From NCBI GenBank assembly GCA_964420395.1, contig CAYQTJ010000004.1, positions 2,506-66,505 on the forward strand: a stretch of 64,000 bases of DNA, in the 5' to 3' direction. A program made the translations under genes and the position numbers. The notes under the pieces were generated by a model. It saw only the letters and a list, made by a program, of their open reading frames with translations. It ran no database searches and was not told the DNA's origin. This DNA comes from an uncultured Fibrobacteraceae bacterium (GTDB taxonomy: Bacteria; Krumholzibacteriota; Krumholzibacteriia; LZORAL124-64-63). Positions 55,687-64,000 of this stretch are shown piece by piece (the first letter of the stretch is position 1; each line of letters begins with the position of its first letter).

Positions 55687-56505
55687 GTGGACGCCTGGTT
55701 TGCGCCGGAAAGCTGGAACCTGGCGCTGTTCGCGCTGGTCGTGGGCGGGACGATCATGCTTTCCATCCGCCGGGCCGAACGGGGCCGGCCGCCCCGCGTG
55801 CGCCGCCTGCCGGGCGTGGACGCGATCGCGGAGGCGGTGGGCCGGGCGGTGGAACTGGGGCGGCCGGTGCTGTTCGTGCCCGGCTCGCGCGACCTCGACA
55901 ACGTGCAGACGGTGGCCGGTCTGGCGCTGCTGGGCGAGGTGGCCGGACTGGCCGCCCGGCTGGAGTGCCAGCTCCAGGTTCCGACCAGCCGGAGCCTCGT
56001 GCTGGCGGCCGCCCGCGACGCCTGCCGCACCGCCTTCATCTCCGCCGGCCGCGCGGAGGCCTGGCGTGACGAGACCGTCAGCTACGTCTCGGACGACCAG
56101 CTCGGGCTGGCGGCGCGCGTGGACGGGATGATCGCCCGCGACCGCCCCGCGGCCTGCCTGCTGTTCGGCTTCTTCGGCGCGGAATCGCTGCTGATGGCCG
56201 AGGCGGGCGCGCAGGCGGGGGCGATCCAGATCGCCGGCACCGCGGAGAAGAGCCAGTTGCCGCTGTTCGTGGCGGCGTGCGATTACACCCTCATCGGCGA
56301 GGAGCTCTTCGCCGCCAGCGCCTGCCTGACGGGTGAGCCGGCGCTGCTCGGCACGCTGCGCGGACAGGATCTGGGCAAGGCGTTCGCGGCGGCCTGCCTG
56401 GTCGCCGGCGCTCTGCTCGCCACGGCCGCCACGCTCACGGACTGGGCGCCGCTGGTGGCGCTGCGCGCCGCCTTCCTGCGCCTCTTCGAGACGGGGGTCG
56501 GCTGA
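55687..56505 (+). CDS. hypothetical membrane-anchored protein (N- and C-terminal helices)
   Basis: GTG after GAGGAGG. WNLALFALVVGGTIMLSI helix, then a soluble domain and a C-terminal helix. Confidence 0.4.
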   Translation: MDAWFAPESWNLALFALVVGGTIMLSIRRAERGRPPRVRRLPGVDAIAEAVGRAVELGRPVLFVPGSRDLDNVQTVAGLALLGEVAGLAARLECQLQVPTSRSLVLAAARDACRTAFISAGRAEAWRDETVSYVSDDQLGLAARVDGMIARDRPAACLLFGFFGAESLLMAEAGAQAGAIQIAGTAEKSQLPLFVAACDYTLIGEELFAASACLTGEPALLGTLRGQDLGKAFAAACLVAGALLATAATLTDWAPLVALRAAFLRLFETGVG

Positions 56506-56506
56506 C

Positions 56507-57202
56507 ATGCGCCGTCGCCTCCCGCGGATCGTGGTCGGGATCGTCGGCAGCCTGCTGATCCTGAAGGCGTTCGTGCCGCGGCCGGGCGCGGCCGGTCCCA
56601 CCGAGTGGCAGGCGTTCTTCGCCTACGTCGACGAGAACTTCTCCGTCTGGTTCAACATCCTTGCCGTGTTCGCCTTCGGCCTGGGGGCCGCGAGCCTCCT
56701 GAGGGTCCACGGCGGGCGGGTGCTGCGGCGGCAGCGCGACTGGCCCTATTCCCTGGCGGGGCTGACCGCCTTCGGGGTGGTGCTGATCGCCGGGCTGGCG
56801 CGCGTCGGCGGGGATCCCTCGGACGCCGGCTCGACCGTGCACTGGATCTTCCGGGCCGTGATCAGCCCGTTGCAGGCGAGCATCTTCGCCCTGCTCGCCT
56901 TCTACATCGCCTCCGCCTCCTACCGCGCGTTCCGCGTCCGGTCGCGCGAGGCGGCGGCCCTGCTGGTGGCGGCGCTCATCATCCTGGCGGGGCGCACGCC
57001 GTTCGGCCACTCGCTGACCGACTGGCTGCCGGCGTCGCTGTCGTTCCTGCGCCTGGAGAACGTGGCGCTGTGGGTGGTGCAGGTCCCCAACACGGCCGGC
57101 CAGCGGGCGATCACCATCGGCATCGCGCTCGGGACCGTGGCGATGTCGCTGCGACTGCTGCTGGGGATCGAGCGCGGCCTGCTCGGGCGGGGGGACTCGT
57201 GA
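56507..57202 (+). CDS. hypothetical polytopic membrane protein (about 5-6 helices)
   Basis: ATG 1 nt after the upstream stop. Consecutive hydrophobic helices. Confidence 0.45.
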   Translation: MRRRLPRIVVGIVGSLLILKAFVPRPGAAGPTEWQAFFAYVDENFSVWFNILAVFAFGLGAASLLRVHGGRVLRRQRDWPYSLAGLTAFGVVLIAGLARVGGDPSDAGSTVHWIFRAVISPLQASIFALLAFYIASASYRAFRVRSREAAALLVAALIILAGRTPFGHSLTDWLPASLSFLRLENVALWVVQVPNTAGQRAITIGIALGTVAMSLRLLLGIERGLLGRGDS

Positions 57203-58083
57203 GCGGGGGGGGCGAACGGCCGGTGCGGGGATCGGCGCTCTCGTCGCTCGACCGGCGCTGGGTCCATGCGGCGCTGGCCGGGGCGATCCTGCTCTCGATC
57301 GTGGCGCGGATCCGCTTTCCCGACACCCCGTCGCCGCTCGTGCAGGGGCTGTACGACCGGGTGGAGAGCCTGCCGGCGGGAGCGCCGATCGTGCTCTCGC
57401 TCGACTATTCACCGAATTCCCGTCCGGAGCTGGAGCCGATGGCGCGCGCGCTGGCGCGCCACGCGCTGCTGCGCGGCCACCGCCTGATCCTGCTCTCGGT
57501 CTGGGACACCGGCAACGCGATGATCGAGGAGCTGCGGACCGACGTGCTGGCCGTCGAGTTCCCCGACCGGCGGGAGGGGGCCGACTGGGTGGCGCTGGGC
57601 TACAAGGCCGGGAACGAGATCCTGATCAACGCCATCCGGGACAACTTCGGCTCCATGTACCGCACCGACCTGCGCGACAGCCTGCTCGCGTCGCTGCCGG
57701 CCCTCGCGGGGGTGCGCGGCCTCTCGGACTGCGGGCTGATCGTGTCGCTGTCCGGCGGGTCGCCCGGCCTGAAGGAGTGGATCCTGTTCGCCGGCGACGT
57801 GACCGGCGTGCCGGTGGCCGGGGGCTGCACCGGGGTCGGGACGCCGGAGTTCCTGCCCTATTTCCCGCGGCAGTTGATCGGTCTGCTGGGCGGACTGAAG
57901 GGGGCCGCGGAGTACGAGGCGGCCCTCGAGCGCGGGCATCCCGACTTCCCCCAGCGCACCATGGCCGCCACGGACGGCATGGGACCGCAGTCGGTCGCGC
58001 ACACGGTCATCATCGTCTTCATCCTCCTGGGCAACGCCGGCTACCTGATCGAGCGGCGGCGCCGGCGGCGGGGGTCGCCGTGA
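57199..58083 (+). CDS. hypothetical membrane-anchored protein (architecture resembles 55687..56505)
   Basis: GTGA overlap. N-terminal helix AALAGAILLSIVARI, soluble domain, C-terminal helix VIIVFILLGNAGYLI followed by RRRRRR. Confidence 0.4.
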   Translation: MSGGGERPVRGSALSSLDRRWVHAALAGAILLSIVARIRFPDTPSPLVQGLYDRVESLPAGAPIVLSLDYSPNSRPELEPMARALARHALLRGHRLILLSVWDTGNAMIEELRTDVLAVEFPDRREGADWVALGYKAGNEILINAIRDNFGSMYRTDLRDSLLASLPALAGVRGLSDCGLIVSLSGGSPGLKEWILFAGDVTGVPVAGGCTGVGTPEFLPYFPRQLIGLLGGLKGAAEYEAALERGHPDFPQRTMAATDGMGPQSVAHTVIIVFILLGNAGYLIERRRRRRGSP

Positions 58084-58772
58084 GCGGCGGGCTGCACCCG
58101 AGCGGGAGCCTGGAGGTGTGGGTCGGCGCCTGCCTGACGCTGATGGTCTTCAGCTTCCTGTGGCGGGACAATCCCTTCTACAAGTTCGCCGAGCACGTGC
58201 TCGTCGGCGCGTCCGCCGCCTACGTGATGGTGATCAACTTCTGGAGCACCCTCTGGCCGAACGCGATCGTCAAGCTCTGGCCGGCCGCGGAGCGGGTGGT
58301 CAATCCGGAGGCGGTACCGGGGTCGCCCGAGCCGGTGGTGCTGGTGCCGGTCGCGCTGGGCCTGCTGATGCTCTGCCGCCTGCACCCGCGGACCGCCGCC
58401 TGGAGCCGCTGGCCGACCGCCTTCGCGATCGGCGTCAGCGCCGGCACCAACCTGCTGCGCTACCTGCAATCGGATTTCCTCCTGCAACTGCGCGCGGCGG
58501 CGGCGCCGAGCCTGGTGGTCCTGCACGGGGGCCGGCTGCAGCTGGGGGAGAGCCTGTCCAACATCGTGCTGCTGGTCGGTACGCTGTGCGGCCTCGCCTA
58601 CTTCACGTACACCCGCGAGCACCGCGGCCCGCTGGGCCGGATGGCCCGCTTCGGCATCGGTTTCATGATGGTGACTTTCGGAACCTCCTTCGGCTACACC
58701 GTGATGGCGCGTATATCCTTGCTGGTAAGCAGGTTGCACTTTCTCGTCGGGAACTGGCTCGGCCTGATCTGA
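58080..58772 (+). CDS. hypothetical polytopic membrane protein (about 6 helices)
   Basis: GTGA overlap with the upstream gene. Hydrophobic helices throughout. Confidence 0.45.
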   Translation: MSGGLHPSGSLEVWVGACLTLMVFSFLWRDNPFYKFAEHVLVGASAAYVMVINFWSTLWPNAIVKLWPAAERVVNPEAVPGSPEPVVLVPVALGLLMLCRLHPRTAAWSRWPTAFAIGVSAGTNLLRYLQSDFLLQLRAAAAPSLVVLHGGRLQLGESLSNIVLLVGTLCGLAYFTYTREHRGPLGRMARFGIGFMMVTFGTSFGYTVMARISLLVSRLHFLVGNWLGLI

Positions 58773-58891
58773 ACCCCGCCGCCGGCCGGGCGCCGGCCGG
58801 CGCTACAGGTCGCGCGCCGGGCGGCCGAAGATAAAGTTGACGGCCCAGGGTCCGTATCCATAGACTGGCGCCCCGCGTCAGAGAGGGCTTC

Positions 58892-59815
58892 ATGCTGGAT
58901 TCCGGCACGAATATCGAGCGGCAGATTCAATTCTATCAGCGCAAGTACGAGCTGAATCCGCACTCGCGCGCCTTCGCGCCGCTGGCCGACCTCTACCGCA
59001 AGGCAGGACGGCTCGAGGAGGCGCTGGAGGTGCTGGAGGCGGGACTCGCCGAGCATCCCCAGTACGTTTCCGCGCTGGTGATCATGGCCCGTTGCCACGT
59101 CGACGCGGGACGCGCGGCCGAGTCCGGCGAGGCGTTCACGCGCGTGCTGGCGCTCGACCCGGACAATCTCGTCGCGCTCAAGAGCCTCGCCGAGATGGCC
59201 CTGGCCGGCGGTGACGACGCCCGCGGCGCCTCGTTGCTCGAGCGCGTCGTCTTCCTCGACCCCACGGACGAACCCGCGGCGGAGCGTCTCGAAACGTTGC
59301 GCGGCGGGGCGGTCGCCTCGCCGGCCGGCCCCGAGGAGACCGGGCAGGCCGCCGAGCCTCCCGAGGCGCCGGAGCACGCCGCCGTGGCGCTCCCCCCGCC
59401 CGCCGCCGAGGCGGAGCATGCGCCGCAGACCGCCGTCGCGACAGCGCCGGAGGCGGTGGCGGAAGCCGCCGCGGCCGCGCCGACGCCGGACGGCGAAGGG
59501 GTGTCGGACCGGGAGGCCGTCTCTCCCGTGCAGGAGCGCCAGTCGTTCGCCACGCGGACCCTGGCGGAGATCTACCTGGCCCAGGGCTATCGGGAGAAGG
59601 CCCTGACGGTCCTGCGCGAGATCCTGGCGCGCCATCCGGACCGCGAGGACGTCGCGGCGAAGGTCGCGGAAATCGAGAGCCAGCCGCCCGCCGCCGTTCC
59701 CGCCGGCCCCTCCGCGCCGCCGTCGGCCGCTTCGCCGCCCCCACCGGCGACCGAGAACCGGCTGCACTTCGAGGCGTGGCTCGGCCGCGTGGCCAAGCCG
59801 GAAGAGGGCCCTTGA
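58892..59815 (+). CDS. TPR-repeat protein
   Basis: Multiple 34-aa TPR-like units (..YRKAGRLEEALEVLEAGLAEHPQYVSALVIMARCHVDAGR..; LAEIYLAQGYREKALTVLREIL) with a Pro/Ala-rich linker. Confidence 0.65.
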   Translation: MLDSGTNIERQIQFYQRKYELNPHSRAFAPLADLYRKAGRLEEALEVLEAGLAEHPQYVSALVIMARCHVDAGRAAESGEAFTRVLALDPDNLVALKSLAEMALAGGDDARGASLLERVVFLDPTDEPAAERLETLRGGAVASPAGPEETGQAAEPPEAPEHAAVALPPPAAEAEHAPQTAVATAPEAVAEAAAAAPTPDGEGVSDREAVSPVQERQSFATRTLAEIYLAQGYREKALTVLREILARHPDREDVAAKVAEIESQPPAAVPAGPSAPPSAASPPPPATENRLHFEAWLGRVAKPEEGP

Positions 59816-60264
59816 GCGATCCGATCCCGGTTTCCATCCTGAACGGCCCCAACCTGGACCAGCTCGGACGGCGCGAACCGGCCCTCTACGGCCCGACCAG
59901 CTGGCCCGAACTGGTGTCGCTGTGCGGGCAGTGGGCCACGGCCGCCGGGCTGCGCGCCGACGTGGAGCAGGCCGACGGGGAAGGGGAGCTGATCGCCCGG
60001 CTGCACGCGGCCGGTCGGTCCGCCGCCGGCATCGTCCTGAACGCCGCCGCCTACAGCCACACCTCGGTCGCCCTGCGCGACTGCCTGCTCTGCCTCCAGG
60101 TGCCGGTCGTCGAGGTCCACCTGACGAACCCCCTGCGACGAGAGCCGTTCCGTCGCACCAGCCTCATCGCCGACGTCGTGGCCGCGACCGTCCAGGGTTT
60201 CGGCGTGGACGGCTACCGCCTCGCCATCGAGGGGCTGGCAGGGCTCCTGCGCCAGCGTCGCTGA
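59812..60264 (+). CDS. aroQ: type II 3-dehydroquinate dehydratase
   Basis: TTGA overlap with the upstream gene. ILNGPNLDQLGRREPALYG...IVLNAAAYSHTSVALRD...HLTNPLRREPFR matches the AroQ signature. Confidence 0.85.
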   Translation: MSDPIPVSILNGPNLDQLGRREPALYGPTSWPELVSLCGQWATAAGLRADVEQADGEGELIARLHAAGRSAAGIVLNAAAYSHTSVALRDCLLCLQVPVVEVHLTNPLRREPFRRTSLIADVVAATVQGFGVDGYRLAIEGLAGLLRQRR

Positions 60265-60367
60265 CCGGCGCGCCGCCCATCCTGGCGTTGCCAACCCCGC
60301 CGCGGAATGCTATCAATAGGGGCGCTCGCGGCGGTTGAAGACGATTCTTCAGGAAGAAAGCGAGGCG

Positions 60368-60928
60368 GTGTTGGCCTCCACCAGTGATTTCCGCAATGGC
60401 ATGGTGATCCGCTTCCGCGAGGGGCTCTGGTCCATCGTGGAATTCCAGCATGTCAAGCCGGGCAAGGGTGGCGCCTTCGTGCGCACCAAGCTCAAGAACG
60501 TCGAGACCGGCCGGGTGGTCGAGGAGACCTTCCGCGCCGGGGAGAAGGTCGAGGAGGTCCGCATCGAACGGCAGGACTACCAGTACCTGTACCGCGAGGC
60601 CGATTTCCTGACGTTCATGAACCTGGCCACCTACGAGCAGATGCACCTGCCGATGGAGAACATCGAGGATGTCGTCCCCTACCTGAAGGAGGGGGAGAAG
60701 GTCATCCTCGTCCTGCACGAGGAGCGTCCTCTCGCCGTGGAGCCGCCGTACACGGTCGAATTGAAGGTCGTCACCACCGATCCCGGCGTGCGCGGCGACA
60801 CCGCGCAGGGCGGGTCGAAGCCGGCGACCATGGAGACGGGCCTGGTCGTGCAGGTCCCGCTCTTCATCGAACAGGGGGAGGTGCTGAAGGTCGACACGCG
60901 CACCGGAAAGTACCTGGGCCGCGTCTGA
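60368..60928 (+). CDS. efp: translation elongation factor P
   Basis: 186 aa from GTG. VEFQHVKPGKGGAFVRTKLKNVETGRVVEETFRAGEKVE carries the conserved KPGKG loop. Confidence 0.9.
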   Translation: MLASTSDFRNGMVIRFREGLWSIVEFQHVKPGKGGAFVRTKLKNVETGRVVEETFRAGEKVEEVRIERQDYQYLYREADFLTFMNLATYEQMHLPMENIEDVVPYLKEGEKVILVLHEERPLAVEPPYTVELKVVTTDPGVRGDTAQGGSKPATMETGLVVQVPLFIEQGEVLKVDTRTGKYLGRV

Positions 60929-60956
60929 GTCCGGCCCGACCCGCGGAAAGGAAGCC

Positions 60957-61436
60957 ATGCAGATCGACGACGTCCGCCAACTCGTCAAGCTGGTCGAGGA
61001 GAGCGGGATCGAGGAGCTCGAGATCTCCAGCGAAGGCACCACGATCCGCATCCAGAAGAGGCGGAGCGGGGAGGCGGCCGTGATAGCTCCGCCGCCGCAG
61101 TACTACTATCCGGCGCCCGGCGCTCCCGGCTCGCCGGGCGCTCCGCCGGCCCCGGCCCCGGCCGCGCTGTCGGGCGTGGCCGAGGAGCGCGCGCGCTGGA
61201 AGGAATTCCGCTCCCCGATTGTGGGCACCTTCTACCGGGCCGCCGCCCCCGGCGCGGAGCCGTTCGTCTCCGTTGGCGATCGCATTTCGGTCGGCCAGAC
61301 CGTCTGCATCATCGAGGCGATGAAGGTGATGAACGAGATCGAGGCCGAGACCGCCGGCATCATCCGGGAGATCCTCGTGGAGAACGCGAGCCCCGTGGAG
61401 GCCGAAGCCATCCTGTTCCTCATCGAGCCCCAATAG
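60957..61436 (+). CDS. accB: acetyl-CoA carboxylase biotin carboxyl carrier protein
   Basis: Pro/Ala-rich linker, then SPIVGTFY...VSVGDRISVGQTVCIIEAMKVMNEIEAE (biotinyl-lysine motif EAMKVMN). No accC follows. Confidence 0.85.
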   Translation: MQIDDVRQLVKLVEESGIEELEISSEGTTIRIQKRRSGEAAVIAPPPQYYYPAPGAPGSPGAPPAPAPAALSGVAEERARWKEFRSPIVGTFYRAAAPGAEPFVSVGDRISVGQTVCIIEAMKVMNEIEAETAGIIREILVENASPVEAEAILFLIEPQ

Positions 61437-61633
61437 TCGCCACGCGGTCGCGTGGCGCCACGCGCATCGCCCCGCCCGCCCGTCGCCCCGGCCCCCCGCC
61501 GGGGCGACCTTCGTCCCGCCCCGCCGTTGCGCTCAAGCCTGACGAGCTTCGTGCCGATGATGGTGGAGCCGGATTCCAGTCCGTCGCGGGATTCCGCGCG
61601 GCGTCATCGACCGTCAGCACCGGGGGAGTCCCG

Positions 61634-62776
61634 ATGGAGATCAAGCCGATCCTGCAAGCGATGATCGAACACAAGGCCAGCGACCTGCACCTGAAGGTCG
61701 GCGTGAAGCCGATCCTGCGCGTCAACGGCCGGCTGCTCGCCGTGGACTTCGCCGCCCCCGGCCCCAAGGACATGATCACGATCGCGCAGCAGATCCTCAC
61801 GCCGGCGCAGCGCGAGATCTTCGAGTCGACGCGCGAGATCGACTTCGCGTTCGGCGTGCCCGGCCTGGCCCGCTTCCGCGCCAACTTCTACGTGCAGCGC
61901 GGCACCATCGCGATGGTGTTCCGGCACGTGCCGGTGGAGATCCAGGACTTCGACAGCCTGCGTCTGCCCGCCGCCGTGAAGGAACTCTCAACCCGCCGCC
62001 GCGGACTGATCCTCGTCACCGGCACGGTGGGGAGCGGCAAGTCCACGACCCTGGCCGCGATGGTCGACATCATCAACAGCACCCAGCCGTCGAACATCAT
62101 CACCATCGAGGATCCCATCGAGTTCCTGCATCGCGACAAGATGAGCATCATCAACCAGCGCGAAGTCGGCACCGACACGGGCTCCTTCGCCGAGGCGCTG
62201 CGCCACATCCTGCGGCAGGACCCCGATTGCATCCTCATCGGAGAAATCCGCGACGCCGATTCCATGAAGGTGGCCCTGACCGCCGCCGACACCGGCCACC
62301 TGGTGCTCAGCACCCTGCACACGATCGACACCACCCAGACGATCAGCCGCATCATCTCGTTCTTCCCGCCGCACCAGCACCAGGAGATCCGCTACCTGCT
62401 GGCCTCGACGCTGCAGGCAATCATTTCGCAGCGCCTGATCCCCGACATCAGCGGCACCCGGCGGTACCCGGCGGTGGAGGTCATGATCAACACCAGCACG
62501 ATCCGCGAGTACATCGTGGACGCCGAGAAGACGGTGCTGATCCGCCAGGCGATTCAGGACGGCTTCGTCCAGTACCAGATGCAGACTTTCGACCAGGCGC
62601 TGATGGCGCTCTACCGCGAGAAGACGATCTCCCTCGAGGAGGCGCTCAAGGCCAGCTCCAACCCGCACGAATTTGCGCTGCGCGTGAAGGGGATCCAGGC
62701 GAGTTCGGATGTGAGTTGGGATCGCTTCGAGGCCCCGGCGCCGGCCGAGCCCGAACCCCAATTCTCACGCATCTAG
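61634..62776 (+). CDS. pilT: type IV pilus retraction ATPase PilT
   Basis: Walker A (VTGTVGSGKSTTLAAM). IITIEDPIEFLH. Asp box and His box (LVLSTLHT). The AIRNLIRE-like motif is present as STIREYIVDA. Confidence 0.9.
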   Translation: MEIKPILQAMIEHKASDLHLKVGVKPILRVNGRLLAVDFAAPGPKDMITIAQQILTPAQREIFESTREIDFAFGVPGLARFRANFYVQRGTIAMVFRHVPVEIQDFDSLRLPAAVKELSTRRRGLILVTGTVGSGKSTTLAAMVDIINSTQPSNIITIEDPIEFLHRDKMSIINQREVGTDTGSFAEALRHILRQDPDCILIGEIRDADSMKVALTAADTGHLVLSTLHTIDTTQTISRIISFFPPHQHQEIRYLLASTLQAIISQRLIPDISGTRRYPAVEVMINTSTIREYIVDAEKTVLIRQAIQDGFVQYQMQTFDQALMALYREKTISLEEALKASSNPHEFALRVKGIQASSDVSWDRFEAPAPAEPEPQFSRI

Positions 62777-62782
62777 CCCCTT

Positions 62783-63996
62783 GTGCCGTCGAGATTGTTG
62801 CTCTGTCGCATACGTGGTGGCCGTCGTCACTCTGCGGGCCGGCCTAGAAGGCGTACTTGAGTGCGTGTCGTCGATTGCGCGGCAGCGCCGGCGTGATCAC
62901 GCGGCGCTCGTAGTACTGCGCCCACCGCTCCGGCAGCTCGATCCGGTTCCGGAATAGCCGTTTGCTCAACACATCCTCCACCCGAAGCGGACGGTCGAGC
63001 ACCCCCTTGAGCATCGCCGGCGTCTGCCGGCACCGCTTCTCCCAGCGGTTCTTGATGTAGTTGCGCCAGACCAGCAGGATCGCCAGCCGCTCCGCGGCCG
63101 CCTGCCGCCGTTTCGACGCGGCGATCGTCTCCCGCTTGTGGTTGGCCTGGCTGTGGCGGATCAGCAGGTCGAGCAGGTTGGCCTCGAACAGCGGGTTGTC
63201 GGCGTCGCGCCGGTCCGTGGAGGGGGTGACGAGATGGCGGATCCGGCAGGCGAGCCCGCGAAACGCCCGCGGGTAGGCGCGGTGATCGTCGCTGCGCACG
63301 GTGGCCTCCGTTTCGTGCTCCAGGATCGTCCGGAGCAGGTGATGGACATCCTTCTCGACGGCCCGCGGATCGGGCCGGCCAAGGCATTGTTCGAGCTGCT
63401 CGCGGCGCCGCTTCTGCGCGTCGGTCATGCGGCCCTTGCGGCGCAGCGGACTGTCGGTGAAGTGCCAGAAGAAGCTGTTGTCGGCCTCGGCGAGCACGTG
63501 GAAGTGGAACGGGAAGAACTGGCTGAACTCGAAGGACTCAAGGCCGTCCATGACGAGGTCGCCCTGGGGGCGGACGCCGGCGGTGAGCCGGGTGTGCAGC
63601 AGCAGGCAGTGACGTCCGAGGCGGGCGAGGAGTCGGTCGATGGTGGAGGGGGCGGCGCGGACGTCGCGGGCGATCTGTCGGTTGGCCATGCCACCGACGG
63701 CCTTCATGAAGATGAGTTGGGGGAGGTCGGGACGTTTGAGCCAGTAGGAGGAGGCGAAGGTCTGTGAACTGAAGGAGCGTCGGCAGGCGAGACACGTAAA
63801 GCGCTGGACACGGTGCGGGGCGATGAGTCGGCGGTAGTGGCCGGCGCGCTTGAAGCGCCAGCCTGCGGTCAAGGTGTTGTGGTAGGGGCAGTTGGGGTTG
63901 GGGCAGAAGGGCGGGCGGAACCCGTAGGCAGTGCGATCGGGGGTGTCCATGGTCCCGAACACTGCAACCGGGACGCCAGGGACAATTTCGGCGGCA
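62783..63996. mobile_element. IS-like insertion element (~1.2 kb) with 16-bp imperfect terminal inverted repeats, inserted 7 nt downstream of pilT
   Basis: Left end GTGCCGTCGAGATTGT (62783-98) versus reverse complement of the right end GTGCCGCCGAAATTGT (63981-96), 14/16 identical. The repeats flank a single transposase ORF. The right end is at the window edge, so target-site duplications cannot be checked. Confidence 0.5.
62844..63962 (-). CDS. transposase with N-terminal zinc-ribbon (IS1595/ISXO2-like or related single-ORF IS family)
   Basis: CPNPNCPYHN...FTCLACRRSF zinc ribbon; acidic residues spaced through the central region; basic C-terminus. The composition is lower in GC-skewed codons than the neighbouring genes. 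Confidence 0.6.
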   Translation of the reverse strand: MFGTMDTPDRTAYGFRPPFCPNPNCPYHNTLTAGWRFKRAGHYRRLIAPHRVQRFTCLACRRSFSSQTFASSYWLKRPDLPQLIFMKAVGGMANRQIARDVRAAPSTIDRLLARLGRHCLLLHTRLTAGVRPQGDLVMDGLESFEFSQFFPFHFHVLAEADNSFFWHFTDSPLRRKGRMTDAQKRRREQLEQCLGRPDPRAVEKDVHHLLRTILEHETEATVRSDDHRAYPRAFRGLACRIRHLVTPSTDRRDADNPLFEANLLDLLIRHSQANHKRETIAASKRRQAAAERLAILLVWRNYIKNRWEKRCRQTPAMLKGVLDRPLRVEDVLSKRLFRNRIELPERWAQYYERRVITPALPRNRRHALKYAF

Positions 63997-64000
63997 CAAC

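Noticed and set aside
1-63999. Search for tRNA/rRNA genes, CRISPR arrays and large tandem repeats.
   Set aside because: No cloverleaf-like conserved tRNA boxes, no rRNA-like AT-richer blocks and no regularly spaced direct repeats were seen. The only repeated elements are the paralogous giant genes and their internal FG-GAP units, which are coding repeats.

Overview
This window is a very GC-rich (roughly 70-73% by eye) chromosomal segment from a Gram-negative bacterium. LPS heptosyltransferases, GmhB, lipoproteins, a T9SS-like C-terminal tail and PilT are present, so an FCB-group or Gemmatimonadota-like lineage is plausible but unproven. Coding density is high. Almost every long ORF has a spurious antisense or alternate-frame partner caused by GC bias.

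Calls rest on recognisable family motifs in the supplied six-frame translations. Start codons were chosen from in-frame ATG/GTG/TTG with SD-like purine runs, and from the 4-nt stop/start overlaps (ATGA/GTGA/TTGA) that are common here.

Gene order, left to right:
- Housekeeping and stress genes: acyl-CoA dehydrogenase, a membrane sulfatase-like enzyme, Nfu/NifU, an IMPase, cutA, a SAM hydroxide adenosyltransferase-like protein, PIN-PhoH, glnA and a PAP2-like protein.
- A ParA-like ATPase fused to a CBM48 glycogen-binding domain, followed by two small coupled ORFs.
- A surface-glycan cluster: WaaL/Wzy-like ligase, GT4, WecA-like transferase, methyltransferase and an unknown protein.
- Two tandem paralogous giant (~1600 aa) secreted proteins. 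Each has a peptidase C25 (gingipain-like) domain, an FN3-like module, many FG-GAP repeats and a T9SS-type 'PNPFNP' C-terminal tail. Each has a TTGACC -35 promoter.
- A family-5 substrate-binding lipoprotein, a lipoprotein with a C-terminal HExxH motif, HIT, a PfkB kinase, lexA with an overlapping catalytically degenerate ImuB-like Y-family polymerase, and a DUF72 protein.
- hsp20-lon, then a roughly 26-kb co-oriented array: four tandem GT9 heptosyltransferases plus gmhB and a DUF3108 protein; a deoxyhypusine-synthase-like protein; an ArnT/PMT-like glycosyltransferase; a short sugar phosphotransferase; acpS; a PhzF-like protein; and a long acyl-CoA dehydrogenase.
- An uncharacterised translationally coupled seven-gene operon (GlmL/MutL-like ASKHA ATPase plus alternating membrane and soluble unknowns), then a TPR protein, aroQ, efp, accB and pilT.
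- An IS-like element (zinc-ribbon transposase, 16-bp imperfect terminal inverted repeats) inserted just after pilT.

No rRNA, tRNA or CRISPR was recognised.
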